Source of the DNA: Octopus vulgaris
Lineage: Eukaryota
NCBI GenBank assembly: GCA_951406725.2
Contig: OX597814.1
Coordinates: 59,272,001 to 59,336,000 of the forward strand
Length of the DNA: 64,000 nt
Direction of reading: 5' to 3'
In this document: positions 1 through 11,900 of the stretch, in pieces
Layout: each line of letters begins with the position of its first letter
Position numbering within the stretch: the stretch's first letter is position 1
Program-made: the position numbers and the translations under genes
Notes under the pieces: generated by a model
Seen by the model: only the letters and a program-made list of their open reading frames with translations
Databases searched by the model: none
What the model was told of the DNA's origin: nothing

Positions 1-75
1 CGAGCTTGTTCCACACTCCACAAAACTCTGGAACTCCCGTACCATTACCGGATGCAGTTTGATACCCACTTGCAA
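1..75 (-). mobile_element. SINE-like repeat fragment (same family as 35815-35920)
   Basis: 'ccacactccacaaaactctggaactc...ccggatgcagttt' resembles 'ctacccacaactccagaactc...' near 35860; family recognised from memory only. Confidence 0.4.
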
Positions 76-203
76 GGTATATTCGCATATGCATATGTTC
101 ATACTGACCTATATAAGTATGTACACATATGCACATAATACACACATGCGCACATACACAAATGCATATGTGTGTGTGTATAATATATCTGTATATATAT
201 ATG

Positions 204-1260
204 CAAAATAAGCAACAAGAATGACTCCGGTAATTTGGTACGATCGTTTCACTCTCTTTTCTTAATATATAATTAATCTAAGATATGTTTACCTAACTAA
301 TTAACTTTTATCCTCAGGTAGTAAATTTTATCCGCAATAAATCCTATTTTTTAATTCATTAACATCAACTCACTATCCATGAAATTTGAATAATTTACTC
401 TTCTAAATCACCTCCCCTCATATCATAAAATATCACATTCTTCTAAATCTTCTTTCTATGATTTTCCCTCTTCAATCTTTCTCATTATATATTTTGACCC
501 ATAATACGTTCACTTGATTAATAAGTCTTTTCCCCCAGTTAATAAGTACTATGCCTACTCATAATAAGTGATAGTCTTTTTCTCCAAATTGAGTAAATTT
601 TAGATTTATATTTTTTCCTTTATTCGATAGACCAACTGTTGTGTTGATATGCATAGGGTTTGTAAGGTCTTTGCACTCTCTGTGAATGTGATTGTGACCA
701 CTTGACATTGACATAGTTCTCCAAATGCCGAATCTGTTCATCAAATAGTAGTAATTGGCATTTAGTAGTGACAATGCTGTCTTACACATAGATTCCTTAT
801 ATGGAAATCTGAAACCCCCTTTACCCCATTTCTATAATTAGAATATCTTTATTGTCTCACTCAACTTATTCTTCCCTCTCACAACATTACAGTAGTTTGG
901 ATCAACCAAATATTAGTCAGTCAGTTGATGGGCCCCACTACCCCAAATGTTCTTAAAATTTAAATCCACATCTTTATCTATATATCTACCTTCTCTATAA
1001 TGTTGCCACTTGATATGAACATTTTTGTATTAATGGAAAACCTCTATAATTGGCTGATGAGTACTCGTCATTTTAAATCTGTTGTAATACTTACAACATT
1101 TAATAAAATGATGTAGTACGAAACGATCGTACCAAATTACCGGAGTCATTCTTGTTGCTTATTTTGATTATAATCACCCCACGGATTTCTATGGATAACA
1201 CCATACAAAATTCCGGTGCATCTAAATTAAGTACCATATTCATTTGAATCTAACTTTTTG
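204..1260. mobile_element. Short PLE-derived element with inverted terminal segments and hammerhead ribozyme
   Basis: Perfect 47-bp inverted repeat 204-250 / 1120-1166; HHR at 1047-1139; flanked by (TA)n; possible decayed endonuclease C-terminus on minus strand (559-789). Confidence 0.75.
1047..1139 (+). ncRNA. Type I hammerhead ribozyme, intact core, long stem II
   Basis: Stem I taattgg/ccaaatta; CTGATGA 1054-1060; stem II gtact-cgtcatttta...taaaatgatg-tagtac with inner tgttgtaa/ttacaaca; GAAA 1120-1123; palindromic stem III acgatcgt; GUA triplet, predicted cleavage after 1131. Confidence 0.85.
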
Positions 1261-1264
1261 CTGT

Positions 1265-1281
1265 ATATATATATGTTTATG

Positions 1282-1345
<64 letters not shown>
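1265..1345. repeat. (TA)n microsatellite
   Basis: Directly visible. Confidence 0.95.
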
Positions 1346-1353
<8 letters not shown>

Positions 1354-1375
1354 CTATACATGAATATAATACATC

Positions 1376-2127
1376 TATCTATCTATTGATAGATAAGTTT
1401 CTTTATTGGCCACACAGGGCTGCACACAGATGGGACAAGTTACAAGGTAGAGCTTTTCTTTTGGGGGATGAAGAGAACAAAAAACAAAAGAAAAAAAAGG
1501 GGGTGGCGTAGGTTTTCGATCAAGAGGGATCGTAAAAGGGAAGAAAAGAACAAAAACAAAAAAAATGAATAAAATAAAAAGAATAAAAAGAAAATAAAAG
1601 AAAAGGAAAAGGAACAAAAGGAAAGAGAAATGAAAAAAGAAGAAAAAAGGGGAAAAAAAAGGGAAGAGGAAAAAAAGAACGATCAATAGGGATCGTGTAT
1701 CACAGTGTTATGATATATGGTGTAAAGGGGAAAGCAAGTAAGGTTTATCCGTGGGAAGAAAAGCCTACGAAAAAGACCACGGTAACCTTGGTCAATATTG
1801 TTATATGTTACCACATTTGTTTGCAAGTGGGTAACCCTCTGTTTTCAATTTCTGGGTTCATAGGATTATGCTCAAGGTGGCTTCGTCATTCATACGTGCC
1901 ATCCTTGCTACATTCACCCATCTTTTTTTTTAAACATTCGCTAGACAAAACTTGCCTCTCTACTCTCACTTTCCTTTTCAAGTGGTACTTGAAGAAGTTG
2001 ATGAGAGATTGACCAGAGAGGAAAGTGTTTGTCTCCAATCCTTTCAGACGCGTCCACCAGATACATTCTTTCGCCATAGCCACAAGGATGATGAAAATAG
2101 CTCTTCCTTCCCGTTGGAAGGCGCGTC

Positions 2128-2128
<1 letters not shown>
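1376..2128 (-). mobile_element. 5'-truncated L1/Tx1-like LINE 3' fragment (ORF2 C-terminus plus 3' UTR)
   Basis: ORF 1886-2083(-) AKECIWWTRLKGL...FFKYHLKRKVRVERQVLS resembles a Tx1/L1 ORF2 C-terminus; pyrimidine-rich UTR, AATAAA, GATA/TATC repeats at both ends. Confidence 0.65.
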
Positions 2129-2158
<30 letters not shown>

Positions 2159-2459
2159 AATACATATATATATCTATGTATATTGACCAGCATTGTGAAA
2201 ACAGTCAAATATTTGTGGACGGATGTAAGCATATACCTTCTAGAACAAACTGGGATATTGACAATCAAGGAGAACTAGCGCGGTTGTCCTGCAAAGAAAT
2301 ACAGAACCCATTGCTATAAATCGTCATAACAGATGAATAGCATTTAACTAACACATTGTTCAATGAGTCAATGAGGCATTGAACAGCTTAAATTGAAATG
2401 TACGCTAAGGTATAACGAATGCAAAATAATAAAAATCAAATTAGTTATTATTACTATAT

Positions 2460-4942
2460 TTTCTTCGATAGAAGATGAGGGAAATAGCAGATAACAAATT
2501 CGGATATACATATTTTATCTTTATGAAACATTGAGAGCATTCTAAAGAATGTTGTTGGAGTCTAGTTGTGTATAACGTAAAACTGATGTAGCTAAGGGGT
2601 ATTTGAATATATGAGTGAAAAATATTTTAGAGATGTTCCCTCTATAGAAGAAGTAGACAAGTAATTCAAACACCAAATAGGTAATTTATCATAGGAAGTT
2701 TAATAGAGCTGTCCAATGGAAAGACATAGTTATATTTGAATTAGGATATGACTTGACAGTTTTAAGTAATATTAGGTATGGTGTGTATTTAAAAATACAT
2801 GACGCACTATTCTTAGTTAGAAATACATCCAACAGGAAACTTGAACTCTACAAAAATAGACTACACAATTTCTTGAAACTCCAAGGACTATCCATCACTA
2901 TGGAAAAAGATAACATCTCTGTGAACTTCCTAGATGTTAACTTTAACCTTCATACATCCTATATCAACCTTTCCATAAACGTAACAATATCACATACATA
3001 AACGCCCAAAGTAACCATCCTTGTAACATTATAAAAATCTGACCACTAACATAGAAAGAAGAATTAATCTATTCTCATCTAACGAATTTTTTAACAGACA
3101 TAAAGACTACTGGAATCTAGCACTGAAGAAGACAATATGAAATTAAGTACAATGAAAACAACAGTAGCAATACTAATAATACTAAAACTTATCTAGGTGT
3201 GAACAACAAGACAATATTAGTGACCCTAAGACAACTGGCGAATTAGTACACCCCGACAAATAAACAAAAACTCTCTATAATGATCATCAAAACCACGCTA
3301 ACAACAGGCAGAAATCCTACAACTGCAATAAACTTACTAATAAACATAATCAATACGAGCAACATAACCAAAACCTTACTAAGAGAAAAAGATAATACTA
3401 ATTTCAGCAATTCACAAATAACTAACTACACTAATAATAATGTAATAAAACTCAAGAGTAATGAGAATAAACACTTGAAACAATTAATTCTAGAAATAAG
3501 AACACTAAACCCATAAACATAAAAAATGAAAATTATCGCATCTCATCTAATCCTTCTGATAATATGCATAACCACAGAAATCGTATTAATATAGAAAGAA
3601 ATAATATAGAAAAAAGAAACCAATACCATTTGTAAGATTAGATGAGTCTCAAAACATAACCCGCTACTTTAATAAAGAAAACGACAATAACACATAATAC
3701 CTTTTGCAAAACATCTAAAATCTACTTTTATTAGATCCATTAGATATATAATGAATTAAAAAGTCAAAAACTCTAACTATGCAAGAATTATTAATAACAA
3801 AATATATTAGATTTGGACTTTCACTCTCCCCAAACCTTTTTAGGATAATCCCTTCCTTTAACAATAGGAAACTGGACCAGTACGATAATAAGAAAAAAAG
3901 TAATCTAATATACCTGGTAACTCAAGTAATTCTATAACTAACATAATAACCAAAACTCCATTACCCTTAATACATATATACAAAACAACATAGTACAACC
4001 AAATAGTTTAAATTGTAATTGTAGAAACTTGTGAAGTAGATAGAAATTCTAAAATGAAAGAAGTAATATACCAAGCAACCATATTACCCATACTTCCTCT
4101 AAATACGTATACATAGCTTGTACGAAGAATTCTATAAGATTAAGAATAATCATAAATCTCCCTTTAATGACCCTAGAAAAGAGAATAACACAGATCTATC
4201 TAAAATTAATTTGGCAACTCAAAAGAAACAATATCTTGGAAAATCCTATCTTCAGCCCCATTTTATGGATATAATAACAAAATTTTGTAGGTTATGTCTG
4301 GAAGAAAGTTATAATATAATGAAAATGAAGAGAAGGAATGGTATCGTTATTAATACAAGAGATGGAAAAGCTTTTTTATTTAAACACATGTCCAAATACA
4401 TTTTTATTAATCTTAAATAATGTTCCCCTTACTTTAATTTTAATATCGTTTCCCTTTTTTGTAATATCTCTATTTTTTGAATATCTCTCTATATATTAAC
4501 CCTTTCTAGGGTATTAGCTTACTAATTAACAAATGATCTGCGCATCAATTTATCTTACACTCTATGGATATATATTTGTTATTTAACCATCCCCTCTTGT
4601 AATTACATCTTCTCCAGCTCTCCAACATTTTCTGCAAATTTCAATACACCTCTCTTTCAATATGTTCTTATATCTTCCTTTAATATATAAGATACCTTTC
4701 TTTTTTGTAACTTATTTCATTTGCATAATATGTACTTACCCCCTCTCTTACCTATTCCAATTACTATTGTTAAAGTTACTTCCCAATGTACCTGATATTT
4801 AATTACATCTTAAAACTGATATATGCAAACACATATAATACTTCTTGGTGTCCAACTTGCCTACAACAATGTGTACATTTATAGATATCGTTTATATTTA
4901 TCATTGTGTGTATACATTTATTTTATTCATATTATGATTATG

Positions 4943-5031
<89 letters not shown>

Positions 5032-5700
5032 TATTACTATTGTATGCTTATTAACTATATGTTATCACCAAGTTGTATTTTATAATAAAACGGGTGCACA
5101 TATATGTATGCCTCACACTCACAAACACACATGTACATATGTGTATATATACACCACTATACATACATACATGTAAATAAATATATATATGTATATATAT
5201 ATTTGTGTGTAATAACATCTTTTTATAAGTATGAGTAATTATAATTTATAATTATAACTATATCCCTTTGGTCCTTTTCCCAATATTTGCACTTGAAAAA
5301 CACCTAGAATAAATAAATCTATATATATTATTTCACAGATATGTTGTCTTCAAATAAAATCAGCATATACAATCAAAATATTTTCCTCTATAAGTTTTTG
5401 ATATATGAATTATTTTCGTATATTTCAGTATACTTATGTGCACCCACTACTCTATAAATAAATATTGTTATCTTATATTCACAATACACAATAACCTTGT
5501 GTTAGTTAAACACTCATTACTTATATAATATTTCTATATATTTCCCTCTCACATTATGCCAAGCTACATTTTTAACTCTCATTTTTATTTATGCACAAAC
5601 ATATTTAGCCTACTAAATATCAATAATTATCTCCCCTACATTTTTAATTTTCAATCTTACAATATCTATTATACCTCTAAAAGTATTTTTTAAATATTTG
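2460..5700 (+). mobile_element. Decayed Penelope-like element (RT and GIY-YIG remnants, Naiad-like cysteine pattern)
   Basis: RT fragments SVNFLDVNFNL (~2920) and YINAQSNHP; CNCRN...VIYQATI...YVYI (~4015-4115); CRLCLEE (~4290); many stops and frameshifts; AT-rich 3' region. Confidence 0.7.
4935..5040. repeat. (ATT)n microsatellite
   Basis: Directly visible. Confidence 0.95.
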
Positions 5701-5984
5701 TAGCCGCAAGTAATTACTATCTTAATTCTGTAATATTGACATCTAATTGTATATATGATTTCATGCATGTATGTATGTAAGTGTGTATGTAAAAGAAACC
5801 CTTCAGTCGGAAGGATGATACCGATGGCAAAGAAATACAAATGGTAGAAGCCATATCTACTCATGATTACAAGGAGTAATGGTAGAATGTCCCGGTGAAA
5901 ACCTCAATAAAATATAAACACAATAGACATGACTTGGGATATAGAATAGAAACTGTACGGTTAGGAAAATCAACTTCCTATAAA

Positions 5985-7161
5985 AAGAGGTAGTAAGTAT
6001 ACCTTGTGCTTATTCTTAGTGCAAGTTTTGAAGAATGAAGTTTGATTTTAACAGTTATTTTTTCAAAGCTATAACGGAAGTAACAAAGGAGCATATTCGG
6101 TATATTTTGCTTTATGAGTTCAATGAAGGCAACAACGCAATGGAAAGTTAGAGGAATATCGATGCAGTATATGAGAATCGGACAATAAGCGTAAGCCAGT
6201 GTCAACGGTGGTTCCAGAAATTCTGTCCAGAAACTACAGTCTAGAAGACGAGCCTCGTCCAGGAGGGTCTGTAGAACATAATGAGAGGCGTCCTGCAAAC
6301 ATTGTTGGAAGAAAATCCCATTGTAACAGTTGAGTAACTAGCAGAGAAGCTTAGATTTTGTCATTCAACCATTCATCGATACCTGCATGCCATCGGAAAA
6401 GTCAGCAAATTGGGTCTTATGGGTTCCGCACAAACTTTCTGAGTCTAATCGCACTCACAGAGTGAATGTGTCTTCTTCTTTGCAGTCACGTCTCTCGAAT
6501 GAACCATTTGGACAGGTGACAAGAAATGGGTTCTTTATAAAGATGTCAAGTACCAAAGATAGTAGGTAGAGAAAAGAGAAACACTGGCATCCCAGGCTGA
6601 AGAAGGTTTTTCAACCACATAAGGTGTTTTTATCTGTTTGATGATATATGAAAGATTTAGTCCACTTTGAACTTTTACACCCAAACTAAACGATAACAAA
6701 GGGGATCTACTGCGAGTAGCTTGAGCGACTTACGTCCGCGCAAGAAGAAAAGCGACCATCTATGGTTTCAAGACGAAATGTGTTCGTGCATTAGGATAAT
6801 GCTCGACCACATAAATTGGGGATGACACTCCAAAAGCTGGAGCAGTTTGAATTGAAAACAATGCCGAACCCAACATACTCGCCGGGCATTGCCCTTCTGA
6901 TAATCATTATTCCACAGTCTTCAAAATTATTTTGACGGGAGAAATACGAATTCTGTAGACGAGGTCAGAACAGTACTGGAGGGGTATTTTCCGTCACTGA
7001 GAAGTGAATTTTGGAAGAGGAGCCTTGGAAATCTACCAGATAGATGGAAGAGCATTGTAGACAATAAAGGAGAATATATTTTCGATTACAAAAACTTAAT
7101 CTTAATTTTGAAGACTAAAATAATATTAAAAAGAGCGCATTGTTTTGGGGATTGCCCAATA
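5985..7161 (+). mobile_element. Mariner DNA transposon relic; 3' TIR ~7129-7161, 5' TIR not seen
   Basis: Decayed transposase inside; element ends '...gcgcattgttttggggattgcccaata'. Confidence 0.85.
6074..7087 (+). pseudogene. Mariner transposase pseudogene
   Basis: EVTKEHIRYILLYEFN N-terminus (start codon mutated to ACG), WVPHKL (WVPHEL motif), DNARPH, YSPGIA (YSPDLAP motif); multiple stops and frameshifts. Confidence 0.85.
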
Positions 7162-7204
7162 TATGCATGAGAAATCATATATATACCAAAACATACAAAT
7201 CTGC

Positions 7205-7258
7205 AAGCATACATACATACATATATATACACACAAACAAACACACACACACACACAC

Positions 7259-7322
<64 letters not shown>

Positions 7323-7480
7323 GCATATATATATATATATATATAAATACATATATACATCCGTATGAAGGCATATATATATATATATACATATATACAT
7401 CCGTACATACGTACATACATACATACATGCATCAACGCCTGCATACATATACATACATCTGTGCGTACGTATATTTATAC
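7205..7480. repeat. Compound (TA)n/(CA)n/(TACA)n microsatellite
   Basis: Directly visible. Confidence 0.9.
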
Positions 7481-8709
7481 ATCTAAACATGTAGATACAC
7501 CGGTAACACTGTAATACATATTTATAGTTAACGTAATTTATATAGGTTTGATACGCTCAATCATATATTACTGAATGCGCCATGCATTATACAATCATTA
7601 GCGGAGGGGAGTTATCATATCATACTAGATATTTCACTTATAGTGAAACGGTGTAACGTGCTTGTGGTATATGAAACGAAACGCAACATAACAATAGGAA
7701 TGAGAAAAAAATACGTGTAATGTCACGACTTCCCCTGAGAATATATGTAAATGAACTAAAATAAAATTGTTCTATATCTTGAAGCAGAGACTACATACCA
7801 AATTAAATCTTGTAATATGCACAACCCTATAACATTGATATATGAACATTACTACAACGGTAATGATCGATATCTTGAGAATGTAACTGATTAATATGTG
7901 TCGAATTAACCATGTAAACGTCCGGGAAATAATTTATGTGTGCTAGAAGTATAGGTATAAATATTTGTATTTTAATTACTGCAAGATTTGTAAAACTGTC
8001 ATGATATTATCATTCGTAAAGCAATTAGATTTATCATTGTATATATTACTAGTTTGAATAATTCATTTACATATACTCACCAAGAATTTCTGAATACATA
8101 TATGTCATATTTTGCGGCCCTCTTATTCTATGCCATATCGTTCCCTTTAATAATCCCATGGTATTGTGCTACTATATGTTAATTATGCATGTCGATAAGA
8201 TTTCTCTACCTACAGTGAATATTATGTATGGATGACACGAAATATTGTGATCTCAAATATCTTATGGATATTAATTTCAATATCAATGCACTTTTCTGTA
8301 TATTTCGTTGTTTGGAAGATAGAATAAATTGTTTTCCCACATGTTTTAAATTCAGTTACACTTAACGAAATATATAAACTTTACAAAATGTTTATTCATG
8401 GAAAGATACGTAGTATACATGTGCTATGAAAAGACTTTGGGCAATGCTTTTATGCGCTAACACAAAATCTATTTCGGAGTAGTCCTATAAAAGTTATAAA
8501 ACAATATACTTACCAAAGATGTCATTGGGACTGAACTCAGATTCTCATGGTTGGAAAGCATGCTTCTTAAGCTCACACTTAAACATTTTTTTGTACTAGA
8601 CATCATATGATGTGGATTCAGTTCCAAGAGGTGTTCTGTCTCTCCAGTAGATTTTACTATTGTGTAACGCCTTCGGACAACTCTTCCTAATTTCTTGAGA
8701 AATGGTCAA

Positions 8710-9007
8710 CCAAAATCCATCTCATAACATGACATACTCGATATTGAGATAGAGAGAGAGTAAGAAAGAGAGAAAGAGGGGGAGAGAAAAAGAGAAAAAT
8801 AAATAGACAGAGAATATATGTGGGTGTGTATATGTGTGTGTGTTTGTGTGTTTATATGAGTGTATCTAGTCTAAAAACAAAATTAATCTCACACCAAGAC
8901 CTACTCGATATTGAGATGGAAATAGATAGAGAGAGACAAAGATAGAAAGATAAATAGATAGATGGTAGAGGGATAGTGCGGTGTGTGGGGTGGGCTCTAG
9001 TCTAAGA
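8710..9007 (+). repeat. Degenerate ~170-bp tandem duplication
   Basis: 'atctca...tactcgatattgagat' followed by GA-rich, GT-rich and 'ctagtctaa' blocks occurs twice (~8710-8875 and ~8878-9007). Confidence 0.6.
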
Positions 9008-9809
9008 CTGAACATTCCGAAATAACTGTCTTATATCTTCACTTGCACTTTATTTCATTCTTGTTTTTATGTAATTTGCAGTGAGAAATCTATGGTCTTG
9101 TGTACTATAAGAAATCTCTCAGATCCAGCATTCAATACTGCAGTTCCCATTTAAGTGAATTTTTGTTTTATCTCTTTTACTTTCGATCGAACTTATCTGT
9201 TATTTTACTTGACGAGATTTTTCTTGCCAAATTCTTATCACATTTGTAATCCCGTTTGCAGTTAGGTAATTGTTTCTCATATATGATCTTCGTGTTTATT
9301 CTGTCTCTTTATATTTGTTATTTCAGCCGCTGTTTAATATCCATTGTCTTCTTAAAAGACACAAAAGATTTTGATGCGTATCACGCTGTTTCTTTTTTTA
9401 TTTAGCTCTATCTTAAGTATTAATGGAATGCGTCTATAAACTTATTACTAATTTTTTCGTATTTTCTTCTGCTTGTACAAGGTGTACACTGTCTAGACCA
9501 TTAATTCTTAAGTATTCCGAAATTTAATACTGTAATCGTTGTTTCATTATCATTACTTGTTTTATCAATTTTATTTCTCTCCTGAATAACTATTATTATT
9601 CTTATGTGATGCTAACCTTTGCATGACAACTTCTACTTCAGAGCAGACGCTCTACAAAGCGTCTGACGTGTGTGGCATCTTGTCTGAGTATTATGGTATA
9701 TTGTAACATCTACTTTACTTTGTTGTAGCTTTCTTGTTGTATAGTATATACGTTTAATGTTTCCTGCTATTTTATGGAATATTGATCCTGTTGAGTATGT
9801 GTCTTTTTA

Positions 9810-10028
9810 ATAATCCTTTCTACTAAAAGCACAAGATCTGAAATGTGGTGGGGTTAGGTCTTGTCGATTACATCGACATTCAGTGTTTCACTGGTATTTA
9901 ATTTATCGACACCGAAGGATGAAAAGAAGAGTAGCCCTCGGCGAAATTTGAGCTAAGGACGTTGTGACGGTCAAAATACCGCTAAGCATTTCGTCCAGTG
10001 TGCTAACGATTCTGCCAACTTACCACCT
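9810..10028 (-). mobile_element. tRNA-derived SINE, Nin/Deu-like core (family A)
   Basis: 'tttatcgac.ccgaaggatgaaaa' core; reverse complement of the 'ggcggcgagctggcagaatcgttagca' head. Confidence 0.8.
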
Positions 10029-11159
10029 TATATGTCTTTTTAAAAATAACTTGGAATGATAATTACTTCACCATGTACTTTGTGGATTGGATTAAATTGT
10101 CACATTTAGATTTTGTAACTTATTTGCTTTAGATTTTTCGAGTGAAGATGTAAAATCCGTGCCATATGAGCTGTATTGTTGTTTTATAGCTCCTCGTTTG
10201 CTGTGATAGTGTAGAGCCATTACCAAATGTATTTAATTTATAATCAGTGAACCTTTTGCAAGCACCAGTGATTATATTATAGAATGAGTACAATTTTTAA
10301 TTTTGTAGAGAGTGTTTTCTATGGAAATTTAGCTGTGGTTTAACATATCGATTGACGCGCTCAAGGTTAGGTCATTGGTAACAAATGAATAGCAAATATA
10401 CAAAGTCTGGTTGGCTGATTTGTGCTAATGACTTCAGTAACTTCTGTAAAATGTGGATCGTAGCTAGTAAAGCAATTGTTTAGAACTTATGGAAAATCAC
10501 CCGAGCATATATTTGATCACGCACTACTCTAGTATCATGATTGTTATTGATACTATTTTATATTTTCATACTGATAAATTATATTTCAAGGTCTTTGATA
10601 TATTGGCTGAAAACCATCGAGAAATTTATTGAAGTAGATATGCATATTTCTAGCTAAACGAAATACATATGTGTGATCATAATGATATGTGATCTTAATC
10701 TGCTTTATGCAAGCAGCGAACAGCTAGAAATTATTTGCTCAAGTGTGAGTTTTTGGTGTTTATATGGTATGCAGTGAGTCTATAGTCTCATTGTTTTCGT
10801 ATTTGTAATTTTCAAGTGGTTAGGTTATTGATTTTGAGCACCTGAAATTAGAAATTCAACTTCTTTATTTAGTCCAGTCTTTTCAGCATTTCATAAAATG
10901 CACGATGCATGAGTACGCTCTTTCGAGACTCGCAAGATATTGGTCATTATGTAATGTTCTTTCCGTATTAACTTAAGTAGGCAGCAAAAGAAAATACTGG
11001 AAATGTTGCCTGATGTATGTAGAATATAGACCACTTACTAAGAAATGTCAGTTTACAAAGATCACGAACAAAAATATTATGAAGCGATAATGCTAAGGGT
11101 TCGAAAGCATGCAACAATATGAGTCTAAGTATCTCTCTGATATTCCGTTCTCCTACTAA

Positions 11160-11900
11160 CATGGCAGATATCAAAGTTAGATTTATAGATGTACACGACG
11201 GGACATTAACTTGGATCGAACGCCGCTGACTGAACCATCTCAGGTCATTAATTATAGGTGTTCTAGCTTATCAAAAAGACCAGGATTTTCAAGACGTACT
11301 CTTACACGCACTCGCATCCATCCACAACTACAAGACAGACGCAGGGCTTACCCAACTTCGATTAGGAAACGGGATAACAGTATTGTTTCGAATATATTTA
11401 GGTATCTATTTTCGTATGATCCTCGACAAGAGTAGTAACGATGGCAGAACCTTCAGATTAATGGGCTTCTTGACCCCTATAAGGAGTATTGTTTAATTCC
11501 CGCCATATAATAGGACGGGGCATTAGAAGAATGTCGGAACCTAGTGAATCAATAGAAGAGTTAGCGAAACGCTTCGAATAGTTTCAAATATCTGACAGAT
11601 GACGTCTGGATTTCCCATGTCTGAAAAAATGGAAATAAAGACACCGAACTGGGTCATCCACATCGAGTTCAGGGAGCTGTTTTGCTAGGTGAGTGGACAA
11701 GGTTATTGCACGTTAATCATAATGTCAAGTGGTCGGCTACACAAACCAGAACTTTATATGGCCCTGATTTTTCGACTTCATAAATCAGCCTTGATATAAA
11801 TAAAGAGGAACTAAATACATCATAATGTACATTTTCCGGACAGCACACACGAGACAAAGTTGTATGAAGGATGTGGATGAAAAAGTGATGAGACACAGTT
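11160..11900 (+). mobile_element. Possible highly decayed L1/Tx1-like endonuclease remnant
   Basis: Higher GC than surroundings; DGRTFRLMG and VGYTNQ fragments weakly resemble an APE domain. Confidence 0.25.

Noticed and set aside
4010-4040. TGA after CNCRNL as a selenocysteine codon
   Set aside because: The next conserved residues (CEVDR...VIYQAT) are in another frame, so the TGA arises from a deletion or frameshift
5855-5970. Possible HHR (ctcatga...gaaactgtacggtt)
   Set aside because: Core mutated and no convincing stem I or stem II pairing
9644-9667. Hairpin cagacgct-ctacaa-agcgtctg
   Set aside because: Isolated 8-bp stem with no ribozyme core or repeat context
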